A stretch of 64,000 bases of DNA, taken from Antedon mediterranea. Its lineage: Eukaryota; Animalia; Echinodermata. The stretch spans positions 20,540,871 through 20,604,870 of the forward strand of contig NC_092676.1 in NCBI RefSeq assembly GCF_964355755.1. Reading direction: 5' to 3'. A model generated the notes under the pieces. The model saw nothing but the letters and a program-made list of their open reading frames with translations, was not told where the DNA came from and ran no database searches. Positions 1 through 16,600 of this stretch are shown in pieces (position 1 is the first letter of the stretch; each line of letters opens with the position of its first letter). A program made the position numbers and the translations under genes.

Positions 1-31
1 ACCCATTGGTTAGTAATAAATTTGACTAAAG

Positions 32-3000
32 TTACATACTGCTTGCCCGAATGACCACCGAAAAGCACTGCATAATATCATCTAACCCTAGGAGGTAGGC
101 TGAACTGAGTTTTGACTTGTTAAATGAGTCTATTATGGTCTTAAAAAGGTAAAGGCAAGAACTTACATAATTTCCATTTCTGGCTGCCATATGAAGTGCT
201 GTGTTCAGTGTTTTCTTTTCTTTTGCATTAATAAAATTAGGTTTCATATCCTTAAAAAATACTACCAGTTTCTGGATGGTATTGAGCTCTCCCAGCTTTG
301 CCGCTTTAAAGAACAAATTCTCCCATGGTTGGAAGTTACCAGGGAATACTTGGTAAAGGAAGCTGCCATTATAAGAAAAACATGGAATTCTATTCATTAT
401 ACTAATAATAATAATAATAATAATATTTATTCGGTTACTCATCTTATTTAGAATTTAAAAACTTACACAGTGCCAGTTTTCATACTTTTGTTTCTTGAAA
501 GACTTTCAAAATACATCTAAAAATGAACATTAAAGATAAATTTCTTAATATTAAAACCAAACTATCTATATGTCAACACTAACTAGTTTGACAAAAAAAA
601 GTGTGATGTGCCCAAATATGGTAGTGATATGCCAAAATATGGTAGTGATATGGCATCAGTTTGACAGAGCTAGAAACGCAAAAAATTGACCTTTGAGTTA
701 ATCAGCTTTCTATACTTGTTTTCGAATGAAACTCTTTAATCACAAGGTAGGAGGGGGTTTGGTAAATATTCAAACAGCGGAAACAAAATCATTAAATGCT
801 AACACGATCTCACACAATTTCGCAAACCAATATAATTTGTTTCTCAAATATAGGATGCAAAACTGGGTTTCAGAATAAATGTTTACCTCATATTGCGGAT
901 AATCACTTGGATTGATTTCAAGAACCTCATGAGAAGGAAGACCAAGTATGGAACGGATTGTTGCTGGAAAAGAAATAATATTCATTCATTCATTAGAAAT
1001 ATCATTATGATTTATTAATGTAATTTGCACATACTATATAGTAGCACAATATACCTAAAGTCAATTTTCTCTGAAAACCAGAAACTCTTCCAAAACCAAA
1101 CTTTTCTCAAGGTCTTAAAGGTCCCAAATTCTTTGTTTACCATTAAAAACACTTTCAGACTTTCTGGAAGACCTGACATATTAGCTGTTTCTCAAACAAA
1201 CTACAAAGTAACACTTTTCCTGTCCCAACAAAATAAAACAAGAAAAAATGTGTTTGTTACCTTTTGATTGACTTTTCCCCTGAGTGAAGTCGTCCATAAA
1301 TTCTCCAGTATGTATATTCTTCAGGACAATCTTGCGTTCTGGATTAACAGTCTCCCTCATCTTGCTCAAATAGAATCCAAGGCCATTTGACAAGTTTAAG
1401 TTTATCACCATCGATAAACATAGGTCACTGATTGTGATTGACCTAAGGAAGTAAATTATACAAATCGTACAGTAATTTTTAAATATATACAAGTTCACAT
1501 GTAATATAGACAAACAATAGCAAAAAGTGTACTTACCTAGGTACGGGGAATGTGTCAAACCGTTCCTTCATCTTCTTAGAAACAATTTCCCTAGTCTAAA
1601 AAAAATAAAATATTATTAGATTACATTATTACTAATAATTTTACTGCATAGTAGCTTTTGTAGTATCCTGTTGAATATGACAAATTTGAAAAATATAATA
1701 ATAACAGTAACTGTACCTCAATCTGTATTTTGTTTACATGCTCCCACCATGCCTTGCAAGCTTCAATGTCAAAGGTTATTCCAATAGTACTTTTTTCTGA
1801 AGAAAACCAAACCAAATAGTTGAGAGAAGATGTCAGAGTAGTTCTCATAAGCTAAAAATAGCTAAAGCAAATAATTGTATTTGTTAAAATAGTATTTTAC
1901 CTTGTTCATATTCTGCAATTAAGTTTTTAAGTTCTTTCCGTCTTTTGAGCATTGTAACGTTATGTACAATTTCTGGAAAACTTTCCACCTCATGTCGAGC
2001 TGCCCTCAACAGATGATCTAGTTCTCGCTGCAAACAAAAGTGTTATAATGTAGAATTATTTTAATTTTTACAGTAGTTTATATCAGCTACTGCTCGAGAA
2101 CTTTTTTTTGATTGGCACTGAAGTGTTTAAGGTGATGTTCTGGATAATGTTGCCAAACATTCAACAGCATAGTCAAATTAAGATAAACTTTTATAACAGA
2201 ATGTTTTGCTGTTACGCCGAACAATTATTTCAATATTATTAATTAATACTCATACAATTTTAATTAAATTTAATAATGTGAACAAAACATACCAAACGTG
2301 CCAAGATACTTCTAGACTGTCTTAGTTTAAAACCACACATGAAGTAAACACAAAATGTACTACAGATAGCCATCTCATCAGCCTGAAAATGTATAATTAG
2401 TATGATTGCAACAATTTAATTTAAAGATGTATTGTCCCCAAAAAACATGGAAAATAAAGATTAATAAAAAGAGACTTATGGTTTAAATCAGTTTTTTTCA
2501 GGTAAATAATTTGTGTAATAAAGTGAATAACTATTATGTGACATTAAATGGCATATTCAACAAAAACATTAAAAAAATTTTTTTTTTTTAGGGGAACAAT
2601 ATATCTTTAATGCTTTTCTATTGTTGTTTTTTAAAATACTTAAAAACCACCATGATATACTATAAAATACAGAAGTATCAGAGTGCTAAATTTTCAGAAA
2701 TACATCATCAAATTTAATTACAATATCAATTCCAGAGTATTAAAAATTAACAATATTAATCACAGATATACTGTATTACACGTTTAAACAATGATCAAAT
2801 TGACCTCAACAAGATCCTGTGAATCTAGTGGAGTATTAATACGCATTATCTTCTCGTAAGTACGCAGAGCCAGGTTGATTGTCCATCTATCATTCAACAT
2901 CACTTCTGTAGTGAATGTACCTGGAGCAAAACAGTTCACTAAAGCGCAAAGCACACGGCTATCGACCAAGTCATCCAATGTCTAAAACAGATAAAAAGAA

Positions 3001-5429
3001 AGTTACTTTATTTCACAGAGCTGTAGCAAAAAACATGTTTGCATGAGTTTGATAGTGTAGGCCAAGCTTTATAGTTAGCATTGTAGGCTCTTTTTTTTAA
3101 AAATGGGTAAACCTGTAAACACAAAATGAGTGGTGTACAACAGTATATACAACAACTATGTAAACAACACCTTATGCTAACATACCTGAACATGCAACTT
3201 ACGGCCTTCGCGGCTCGTCTGTAGCTGTGCATTTATCATTTCCAACACAGCGTCCTCAGCATCAGGCCTAGGCCACATTTTGTTCTTTGGCTTAAACTTC
3301 TTGCAATAATTATCCCCTGGAAATGGTGTGTAAGGAAGAGAAGGTGTGGCAGACACAGCCTCTGGTTCCTGTTGAAAATTAACATTTTTCTTGCTTCAAA
3401 ATGAAGTACAGTGAGAAAGAACAAATGTAATTTATAAGGTCTTGTTTTAATGACAGCTTACCGGAGATGAAGGAAGACTCTCTGATATCACAGCACCGCT
3501 TCCAAATCCTGATAACAATGATTTGGTCACTTTTGCTTTTTTCTTCTTTGCACTTTTTTCAGGACGAAGTTTAGGAATCCACTTGAAAAAACATAAAAAT
3601 ACAGTTTCAATGGTTTTTTGATTATTATTTAAATTGTGCAAGGGATAGCATACAGATCTTACAGCCTTGGCATGTTAAAACACTGTCAGATCATTGAAGT
3701 TAAGCAACGTTGGGTCCGGTTAGAGCTTGGATGGGAGACCATCTGGAAAAATATTGGGTGCTGTATAATATGGATCCGGGGTCGTCTTATTAGGCAGTTG
3801 AAATCAGACTTTCATGTATCTGCCTCAGACTTATTGGCTATGCCTCTTCTCTGGTCAAGGTGGGCACTGGATGAGAGAAGCCCTTGATTAATGATAGGAC
3901 CAACAGTCCATCATTCAGATTAATGTAAGACTAATTGACATTGTTGTTTTGCGACAGACGTCGGCCATAATAAATAAATCATAATAACGGGTCTTACCTC
4001 AAACGGAACTTCAGTGAGAACTTTGTCATCCTTGTGAAGGAGATATTCAAGTCTTTCCCAGGTAAACCAAATGTCATGACACACCAAACGCCACAACAAA
4101 TCAAACACCTGCAAAATTATATTTTATTTGTTAAATTTATTTATTAGGTAGATTTTCGTACATTATTGAACTCATTGTATATGCGCTATACTAACACCTG
4201 TTACTCTGAAACTTGGATGGATCATATTCAACAAGCTCCACCCACTACTTACATGTTCAGCGTGTCTCATTGCAAATAATCTACAATCAACAAATACATC
4301 AACTGGAATAATATCACTGGAAAAAAAGCAGGCGAAATATGTCAATATACTCAAATGTCTTCACATTAGTTAAATATGATGGAACCTTCTTTTTGGGAAT
4401 ATTAATGAATCAATGGGTACCTGGTCAGGTCAAAGCACTAACATGCTGATTACTGGCTGCAATATTATGGAAGTATGTTTCCATATATGTTTGATAAAAA
4501 ATGACCGGGGTAATATGTCGATATCCGTGATTGTGCAACTGGGTGCTAGCTTGGTTTTTTTGTCTTTTTGTTTCCATTCTTTCTCTTTATTGTCGAGCGC
4601 ATAGAGACATCGTTTATTTGCGCTATATAAATCTATCTATTATTATTTATCATTAAGCGTCATTTGAACATACAGTACATATATGGAATTTGTGCTATAT
4701 AAACCTGTCTGACATTTAGTTTATCTCATGTCATAATACTTACTTTTCTTTCAGTTCACCTATTACCCACTCCATACGAGACACTTTCTGTTGCTGTGTC
4801 AGCCCATCAAAACTTTTTAGCTTTTTGTTGTCAACACCTGTTAGGCCTTTTGGAAAAAAATAAAACAAAAGATAGCATTTTAGATCTTTAATTTATATTT
4901 AAGAAAGAAAAAGTACACAACAAAACTAATAATTTGCAATACTGCAATATAGATACTGTTTGTATACATACCTTGTAAAATAATACAGTATATGATTAAG
5001 TATACTTTATGATATGAAATTTGGCAAAAAATAGGAGGTGGGATTATACATCAGAATGGAATGTGTCATTCACAAATAATTATTGATGCAGGGGTGCTTC
5101 TAAAAACCTAGATGGTACATCTAATGGAGTGTCCATGTCCATCACTCTACCACCCACCACATCATGAACAACATAGTCACTGTGCGTCATGGTCACCTAA
5201 AACTTGTAAGTCACTAAGTCACTCACACAGTGGTCTGTCATGGTATTCATGGGAAGTTAAATAAATAATGTACGAAGTAAACCAAGTTCATATATTTACT
5301 TTGAATAAGCATTTTTAAGTTGGTTCCTTTTAGCAAGTCCATTATGACATTGTTCAGTAGATGGTCATACGATTGCAGACGGAAGTTCACCCATGCTGTG
5401 AAACCGTTGATTTTTGTTCGTAGAGACAT
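32..5429 (-). CDS. Uncharacterised multi-exon protein with N-terminal calponin-homology-like domains and ankyrin repeat(s); 3' end probably beyond the left edge of the window
   Basis: GT-AG exons join in frame: 5429-5300 (MSLRTKINGFTAWVNFRL...IMDLLKGTNLKMLIQ, CH-like), ~4846-4744, ~4317-4253, ~4108-3998, ~3582-3461, ~3368-3203, ~2981-2805 (DLVDSRVLCALVNCFAPG, second CH-like), ~2383-2292, ~2028-1901, ~1443-1261, ~963-886, ~516-467, ~363-167 (INAKEKKTLNTALHMAARNGN, ankyrin motif). Some small exons are uncertain. Confidence 0.7.
2425..2606. mobile_element. Non-autonomous TTAA-flanked DNA element (Kolobok-like MITE); related copies at ~46058-46370 and ~56010-56216 (opposite orientation)
   Basis: TTAA|AGATGTATTGTCCCC ... 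GGGGAACAATATATCT|TTAA gives about 15-bp TIRs. Internal sequence is shared with 46058-46370. Confidence 0.65.
3657..3900 (+). mobile_element. 5S rRNA-derived pseudogene or SINE3-type element in an intron
   Basis: 3686-3767 GTCAGATCATTGAAGTTAAGCAACGTTGGGTCCGGTTAGAGCTTGGATGGGAGACC...GGGTGCTGTA matches the 5S internal control region and 3' end. The 5' part has a deletion, there is no oligo-T terminator, and ~130 bp of non-5S body follows. Confidence 0.75.
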
Positions 5430-6039
5430 TCTTCACAATGTTTACACTTTTGTTTTTGAAATGTTAATGAAATGACGTTAAATTGATTTGCAAGAAATCA
5501 TATCAATAATTTTTCTGTAGTGTAACTTATACTTGCATGGTTGCAAATCCCTTTCAAGATAAAAAAAAAACAAGACTGTAAGTTAACATAAATACAGTAC
5601 ACAAATAAGCAATTTGAATTACTATACATATATAGGCCTAGGCCTATAAAGCCTCTAGTAATGGTGTTTTGAACAGCTGGTATAATGATAATTCTAGAAA
5701 TATTTATTTTATTAACCAATTAAATTGATCTAATTAATTTGAAAGGAGGACGAAATGACCACGCGATTTACCCCACAAAAGATCCCTTATTGTTCGGGCT
5801 TCGAAAATGCCTAAAAAACGAAAAGTACGAAATGTTTCACAATGCAGCCTAAAATAGTAAATAATAGAGTTAAAAAGTAGTACGTTTTATATAATATTAA
5901 TAAAAATGATATTATAATGTGTTTCTTGGTTATACATAAACATGATCAAACACATATTACTCAAATAAATCGTCTAAATCAACTACTAACCAAGTTTAAA
6001 AAAAATAAATCACGATTCAAAGTTACTATACTTTTTGTT

Positions 6040-6480
6040 GTTGTTGATGATGCCATGGCGAAGTCAAACAAATGTAAAGCGCATGCGCACTTCAATTAAT
6101 AACGATCGAGAGGCACATGTAAACAGGTCACGGATAACCACCGGAAGTATTGCTGAAGTTACGCAATCAAATAGTAAAACGCATGACGTTGACGTAGCAA
6201 CAAAATAACTCCACGCATGGTGTGTAGGCCAACGTGAGCACAGGTCTAAACATGGCGCTCTAAAGTAGGTTTTACACTACAAATAAGGTCACCGGAAGCA
6301 TTTTATCCTATAACCGGAAGTACTAGGTCATTATCTATAATTGATATTTCCGTTTCCGGTATAAATAATGACCTTTAACAATTGTACTTCCGGTACACTT
6401 CAACAACACATCCGGCGTTTATTCGTGACCTCTGTCCTTCTTTCGCTTCTCCTGTAAACAAACTTGGTACACGTGGGTGG
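6040..6480. promoter_or_regulatory. Bidirectional promoter between the CH/ankyrin gene and TFB1M, with NRF-1-, ETS/GABP- and YY1-like motifs
   Basis: GCGCATGCGCA at 6079-6089. CCGGAAG(T) or its reverse at 6141, 6292, 6314 and 6386, with a weaker TTTCCGG at 6353. CATGGCG at ~6054 and 6251. The region is CpG-enriched and lies between head-to-head genes. Confidence 0.65.
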
Positions 6481-6951
6481 TGTGGCGATGTCATAAATAG
6501 TGTAAAACTACTATACTTTATTACTCAGTTTTTAGATATATAACATAATATAATTATTACAATTTGATCAGACGTTTTTTCTAGTCTGTATGTTAAATGT
6601 AGTGATAGAATATACATTACTAGTAGTGGTTAGTTTTACAGTCTTTTTTAAAGCTAGGCCTAATTTTCGAGTATCACCATCCATGCTGCTGACATGCTGG
6701 CGTGTTAGTGTTGCATGCGTGATGTGGAGGAGACACAATAGGAGTCGATTGGTCCATTCGTACCATTACTGTACACATGTACATGATTGTAACATGTTCC
6801 TGTATAAATCCAGAGGTTTATATTATTTTAATATAAGTGTATTCATTCATTTTTTTCAGATGTTTAGTAATTTATATTATCTATTTTATTTAATAATTAA
6901 TAAATTATATAAATATTTAATTAATATATTGTTTTATATTATATAAAATAA

Positions 6952-9769
<2,818 letters not shown>

Positions 9770-10665
9770 CACATGCTAATTTATATGTTGTCGGCTACAC
9801 ATGGTTTAATAATGGCACAAAAGGACATTTTCAAAATGGACATGGCAGCCATCGCTGTCTGCAAGCTGGAACACCACATCGTATTGGCTACTGCTCCAAC
9901 TGCTTGTTCTCAATATTTGGGAGTATAATCTTTTTTACAAGATGGTATTCATTTCAATTAAAAACTACATTTTAATTTTCAGTCAAATTTTTTTTTTATA
10001 ATACTGTATGATAAATGGTAGAGCAAATTTGATGTATGTTAGAAGATGTGTATTCTTTTTTACCTTTTACGGCTCTATTTCCCAGAAGAAATTCTGGTAC
10101 ACTAGTCAACAAGCGGTTGTGGAATAAAAATATGATTTACATGGTATCAGTGGCGTAAATGCAGAAGCCCAAGGATTTTTCAACATATTTTAATGCCCAT
10201 TTTCTTTCTCATAGCATCATTGCTAGTTCGTGCACAAAACAATAATACATGTACAAAAATCTTTCAAAATGTAACAATGGTAACAATGGTACGAAAGCAT
10301 GAAAGAGTTTCTTTGACGTAAATTCTCAGAACACGCCCGTAATGATGGTTACAATACAGGCCTCGTAGAGGTAACATCAATGTAATACAGTTATAAGAAG
10401 CTAGTTTGAAAGTAAGAAATATCCCGGAATATATTATGTAGTAATTTATTACATTTGCGTTGTATGTGTGAATTGGGTATAGCTTAAATAAATCAAGGTA
10501 GTTGACAGTGTGTCTGTACAGTAGGTGTACATTTAAAAGATAACAAAGCTGATGCTTTGTACCACATGCTCAAACCCATCTCAATCAATAGTACATTTTA
10601 AATATATTGTAGATGGCATCTGCTACATTATGTCCCATAATTGTAAATGATAGATCATAATTTGG

Positions 10666-13600
10666 TTACAATGCAAGTAGTGCTACACCCTTCCTCTTTC
10701 TTGTTTGTTTTCTCTTGCGACCAGCTTCCTGGAACTTGTCTGTAGCGTCTGTAAAAAATGTCACCTCTTTCTTTGTTTCAATCTCACTTTGTAAGAACTT
10801 CAAGGCTGCCATATTGAAACCAATAGTATCCTGAAAACAAAAATTCTTTGTATGTAAACTAAAGCTACTATCAAACTTGATGTGACAAAAACTGTGTTGT
10901 GCCCATACCGTATATGGACGTGATGATGTCATATCTTTACCATATTTGGGTACATCACAATTTTTTGTAAAAAAAATTATGTTAAGCTAAGTTTACACCA
11001 TCTTAGTTTAATGCATGCTATTTATATGTTTTTCTAATTTAATAATACTGGACATTTATATCAACATTTATTCAATATTTACCCTCATGTTACCAACAGT
11101 TGATGAGATGTGACCCCTAAGTCGGTCAATGACTGGTAGGAGTACCTGATTAGATGTGATCTGCCCATGATGGATCCTGCAAAGAATATTTTTTACCATA
11201 CTGTAGTTATATTTATATATATATACAGTTCAATTATTTGACGTATCATATGATATGCATTATTGCAATTTAGGTGGTACAGTGCACGTTCAATTTAAAA
11301 AAGAAAGATTTTAAGCAACACAAGACTGGCGACTGAATATGTTTGAAGACCAACATGTAGAGTAGTGGGCATCTTTTCAGCAAAACAAATTCACACCCTA
11401 TTGTTTTTTATTCAACTAGGGACTTCGGATTGGAGATAATAAAGTTATCTCATGTCTTATGTCTAGCCTTCGACATTCACAGTAGGTGTGTTATAAAATA
11501 AATGAATGTTTTGCAGTTAAAATTAGAAAATGATAATCATACCTGAGCAAAAATAGAAGACATCTACAGGTCAGTTCAGACTCCCACTCCAATGACAAAA
11601 AAACATCAAGAAGTTTGAGTAAATCCTCAACATAATGGAATGGTAATACTAATAGAGCTTCTTCCAGTTCACTAAAGAGTTAATGAACAACAACTGAGTT
11701 AGTAGATTGAACAACATTGTTATTTCAATTATTGTAGTAGATATTAAGGAAAGGAATATGGAGAATTGAGTACAAGAGACTATTACTGTATTTCAAACAA
11801 CCTGAAGGTGCATGTAAATAAACTAATGACCCTAGCTAGTGTAGACTAGAATAGATAGTCTAGACTAGCTAGATAGTCTATCCTACAGTAGTTAGATAGA
11901 CTAGCTAGATAGTCCATCCTACAGTAGTTAGATAGTCTAGACTAGTTAGATAGTCTATCCTACAGTAGTTAGATAGTCTAGACTAGTTAGATAGTCTATC
12001 CTACAGTAGTTAGATAGTCTAGACTAGCTAGATAGTCTATCCTACAGTAGTTAGATAGTCTAGACTAGCTAGATAAGCGATACTACAGTAGTTAGATAGT
12101 CTAGACTAGCTAGATAGTCTATCCTACAGTAGTTAGATAGTCTAGACTAGCTAGATAAGCGATACTACAGTAGTTAGATAGTCTAGACTAGCTAGATAGT
12201 CTATCCTACTGTAGTTAGATAGTCTAGACTAGCTAGATAGTCTATACTACAGTAGTTAGATAGTCTATACTAGCTAGATAGTCTATACTACAGTAGTTAG
12301 ATAGTCTAGACTAGCTAGATAGTCTATCCTACAGTAGTTAGATAGTCTAGACTAGCTAGATAGTCTATACTACAGTAGTTGGATAGTCTAGACTAATTAG
12401 ATAGTCTATCCTACAGTAGTTAGATAGTCTAGACTAGTTAGATAGTCTATCCTACAGTAGTTAGATAGTCTAGACTAGCTAGATAGTCTATACTACAGTA
12501 GTTAAATAGTCTATCCTACAGTAGTTAGATAGTCTATACTACAGTAGTTAGATAGTCTAGACTAGCTAGATAGTCTATACTACAGTAGTTAGATAGTCTA
12601 TCCTACAGTAGTTAGATAGTCTAGACTAGCTAGATAGTCTATACTACAGTAGTTCGATGGCCTAGACTAGCTAGATAGTCTATCCTACAGTAGTTAGATA
12701 GTCTAGACTAGCTATATAGTCTATCCTACAGTAGTTAGATAGTCTATACTACAGTAGTTAGATAGTCTATACTACAGTAGCTAGATAGTCTATACTACAG
12801 TAGTTAGATAGTCTATCCTACAGTAGTTAGATAGTCTAGACTAGCTAGAAAGGCTATACTACAGTAGTTAGATAGTCTATACTAGCTAGATAGTCTATCC
12901 TACAGTAGTTAGATAGTCTAGACTAGCTATATAGTCTATCCTACAGTAGTTAGATAGTCTAGACTAGCTATATAGTCTATCCTACAGTAGTTAGATAGTC
13001 TATACTACAGTAGTTAGATAGTCTATACTACAGTAGTTAGATAGTCTATACACAGTAGCTAGATAGTCTAGACTAGCTAGATAGTCTATCCTACAGTAGT
13101 TAGATAGTCTAGACTAGCTAGATAGGCTATACTACAGTAGTTAGATAGTCTATCCTACAGTAGTTAGATAGTCTAGACTAGCTAGATAGGCTATACTACA
13201 GTAGTTAGATAGGCTATACTAGCTAGATAGGCTACACTACAGTAGTTAGATAGTCTAGACTAGCTAGATAGGCTATACTACAGTAGTTAGATAGGCTATA
13301 CTAGCTATATAGTCTATCCTACAGTAGTTAGATAGTCTAGACTAGCTAGATAGGCTATACTACAGTAGTTAGATAGTCTATACTAGCTAGATAGTCTATC
13401 CTACAGTAGTTAGATAGTCTAGACTAGCTATATAGTCTATCCTACAGTAGTTAGATAGTCTATCCTACAGTAGTTAGATAGTCTATCCTACAGTAGTTAG
13501 ATAGTCTATCCTACAGTAGTTAGATAGTCTATCCTACAGTAGTTAGATAGTCTATCCTACAGTAGTTAGATAGTCTATCCTACAGTAGTTAGATAGTCTA

Positions 13601-16600
13601 TACTACAGTAGTTAGATAGTCTATACTACAGTAGTTAGATAGTCTATACTACAGTAGTTAGATAGTCTAGACTACAGTAGTTAGATAGTCTATACTACAG
13701 TAGTTAGATAGTCTATACTACAGTAGTTAGATAGTCTAGACTACAGTAGTTAGATAGTCTATACTACAGTAGTTAGATAGTCTATACTACAGTAGTTAGA
13801 TAGTCTATACTACAGTAGTTAGATAGTCTATACTACAGTAGTTAGATAGTCTATACTACAGTAGTTAGATAGTCTATACTACAGTAGTTAGATAGTCTAT
13901 ACTACAGTAGTTAGATAGTCTATACTACAGTAGTTAGATAGTCTATACTACAGTAGCTATATAGTCTATCCTACAGTAGTTAGATAGTCTATACTAGCTA
14001 TATAGTCTATCCTACAGTAGTTAGATAGTCTAGACTACAGTAGTTAGATAGTCTATACTACAGTAGTTAGATAGTCTATACTACAGTAGTTAGATAGTCT
14101 ATACTACAGTAGTTAGATAGTCTATACTACAGTAGTTAGATAGTCTATACTAGCTATATAGTCTATCCTACAGTAGTTAGATAGTCTATACTAGCTATAT
14201 AGTCTATACTACAGTAGTTAGATAGTCTATACTAGCTATATAGTCTATACTACAGTAGCTAGATAGTCTAGACTAGCTAGATAGTCTATCCTACAGTAGT
14301 TAGATAGTCTATACTAGCTAGATAGTCTATCCTACAGTAGTTAGATAGTCTAGACTAGCTATATAGTCTATCCTACAGTAGTTAGATAGTCTATATTACA
14401 GTAGTTAGATAGTCTATCCTACAGTAGTTAGATAGTCTATACTAGCTAGATAGGCTATACTACAGTAGTTAGATAGTTTAGACTAGCTAGATAGTCTATC
14501 CTACAGTAGTTAGATAGTCTATACTACAGTAGCTAGATAGTCTAGACTAGCTAGATAGTCTAGACTAGTTAGATAGTCTAGACTAGCTAGATAGTCTATC
14601 CTACAGTAGTTAGATAGTCTATACTAGCTAGATAGTCTATCCTACAGTAGTTAGATAGTCTAGACTAGCTAGAAAGGCTATACTACAGTAGTTAGATAGG
14701 CTATACTAGCTAGATAGGCTACACTACAGTAGCTAGATAGTCTAGACTAGCTAGATAGTCTATCCTACGGTAGTTAGATAGTCTATACTACAGTAGCTAG
14801 ATAGTCTAGACTAGTTAGATAGTCTATACTAGCTAGATAGGCTATACTACAGTAGTTAGATAGGCTATACTAGCTAGATAGTCTATCCTACAGTAGTTAG
14901 ATAGTCTATACCACAGTAGCTAGATAGTCTAGACTAGCTATATAGTCTATCCTACAGTAGTTAGATAGTCTAGACTAGCTATATAGTCTATCCTACAGTA
15001 GTTAGATAGTCTATACTACAGTAGTTAGATAGTCTATACTACAGTAGTTAGATAGTCTATACACAGTAGCTAGATAGTCTAGACTAGCTAGATAGTCTAT
15101 CCTACAGTAGTTAGATAGTCTAGACTAGCTAGATAGGCTATACTACAGTAGTTAGATAGTCTATCCTACAGTAGTTAGATAGTCTAGACTAGCTAGATAG
15201 GCTATACTACAGTAGTTAGATAGGCTATACTAGCTAGATAGGCTACACTACAGTAGTTAGATAGTCTAGACTAGCTAGATAGGCTATACTACAGTAGTTA
15301 GATAGGCTATACTAGCTATATAGTCTATCCTACAGTAGTTAGATAGTCTAGACTAGCTAGATAGGCTATACTACAGTAGTTAGATAGTCTATACTAGCTA
15401 GATAGTCTATCCTACAGTAGTTAGATAGTCTAGACTAGCTATATAGTCTATCCTACAGTAGTTAGATAGTCTATCCTACAGTAGTTAGATAGTCTATCCT
15501 ACAGTAGTTAGATAGTCTATCCTACAGTAGTTAGATAGTCTATCCTACAGTAGTTAGATAGTCTATCCTACAGTAGTTAGATAGTCTATCCTACAGTAGT
15601 TAGATAGTCTATCCTACAGTAGTTAGATAGTCTATACTACAGTAGTTAGATAGTCTATCCTACAGTAGTTAGATAGTCTATACTACAGTAGTTAGATAGT
15701 CTATCCTACAGTAGTTAGATAGTCTAGACTACAGTAGTTAGATAGTCTATACTACAGTAGTTAGATAGTCTATACTACAGTAGTTAGATAGTCTATACTA
15801 CAGTAGTTAGATAGTCTATACTACAGTAGTTAGATAGTCTATACTACAGTAGTTAGATAGTCTATACTACAGTAGTTAGATAGTCTATACTACAGTAGTT
15901 AGATAGTCTATACTACAGTAGTTAGATAGTCTATACTACAGTAGCTATATAGTCTATCCTACAGTAGTTAGATAGTCTATACTAGCTATATAGTCTATCC
16001 TACAGTAGTTAGATAGTCTAGACTACAGTAGTTAGATAGTCTATACTACAGTAGTTAGATAGTCTATACTACAGTAGTTAGATAGTCTATACTACAGTAG
16101 TTAGATAGTCTATACTAGCTATATAGTCTATCCTACAGTAGTTAGATAGTCTATACTAGCTATATAGTCTATACTACAGTAGTTAGATAGTCTATACTAG
16201 CTATATAGTCTATACTACAGTAGCTAGATAGTCTAGACTAGCTAGATAGTCTATCCTACAGTAGTTAGATAGTCTATACTAGCTAGATAGTCTATCCTAC
16301 AGTAGTTAGATAGTCTAGACTAGCTATATAGTCTATCCTACAGTAGTTAGATAGTCTATACTACAGTAGTTAGATAGTCTATCCTACAGTAGTTAGATAG
16401 TCTATACTAGCTAGATAGGCTATACTACAGTAGTTAGATAGTTTAGACTAGCTAGATAGTCTATCCTACAGTAGTTAGATAGTCTATACTACAGTAGCTA
16501 GATAGTCTAGACTAGCTAGATAGTCTAGACTAGTTAGATAGTCTAGACTAGCTAGATAGTCTATCCTACAGTAGTTAGATAGTCTATACTAGCTAGATAG

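Noticed and set aside
3657-3767. Functional 5S rRNA gene
   Set aside because: It has an internal deletion and many substitutions, lacks an oligo-T terminator, and is a single intronic copy.
4540-4710. Two GCGC...GCGCTATA L2-type tails
   Set aside because: They are too short and degraded to delimit as elements; probably SINE/LINE 3' remnants.
6590-6946. 118-aa ORF upstream of TFB1M
   Set aside because: It is low-complexity, AT-rich, likely 5' UTR intron sequence with no recognisable domain.
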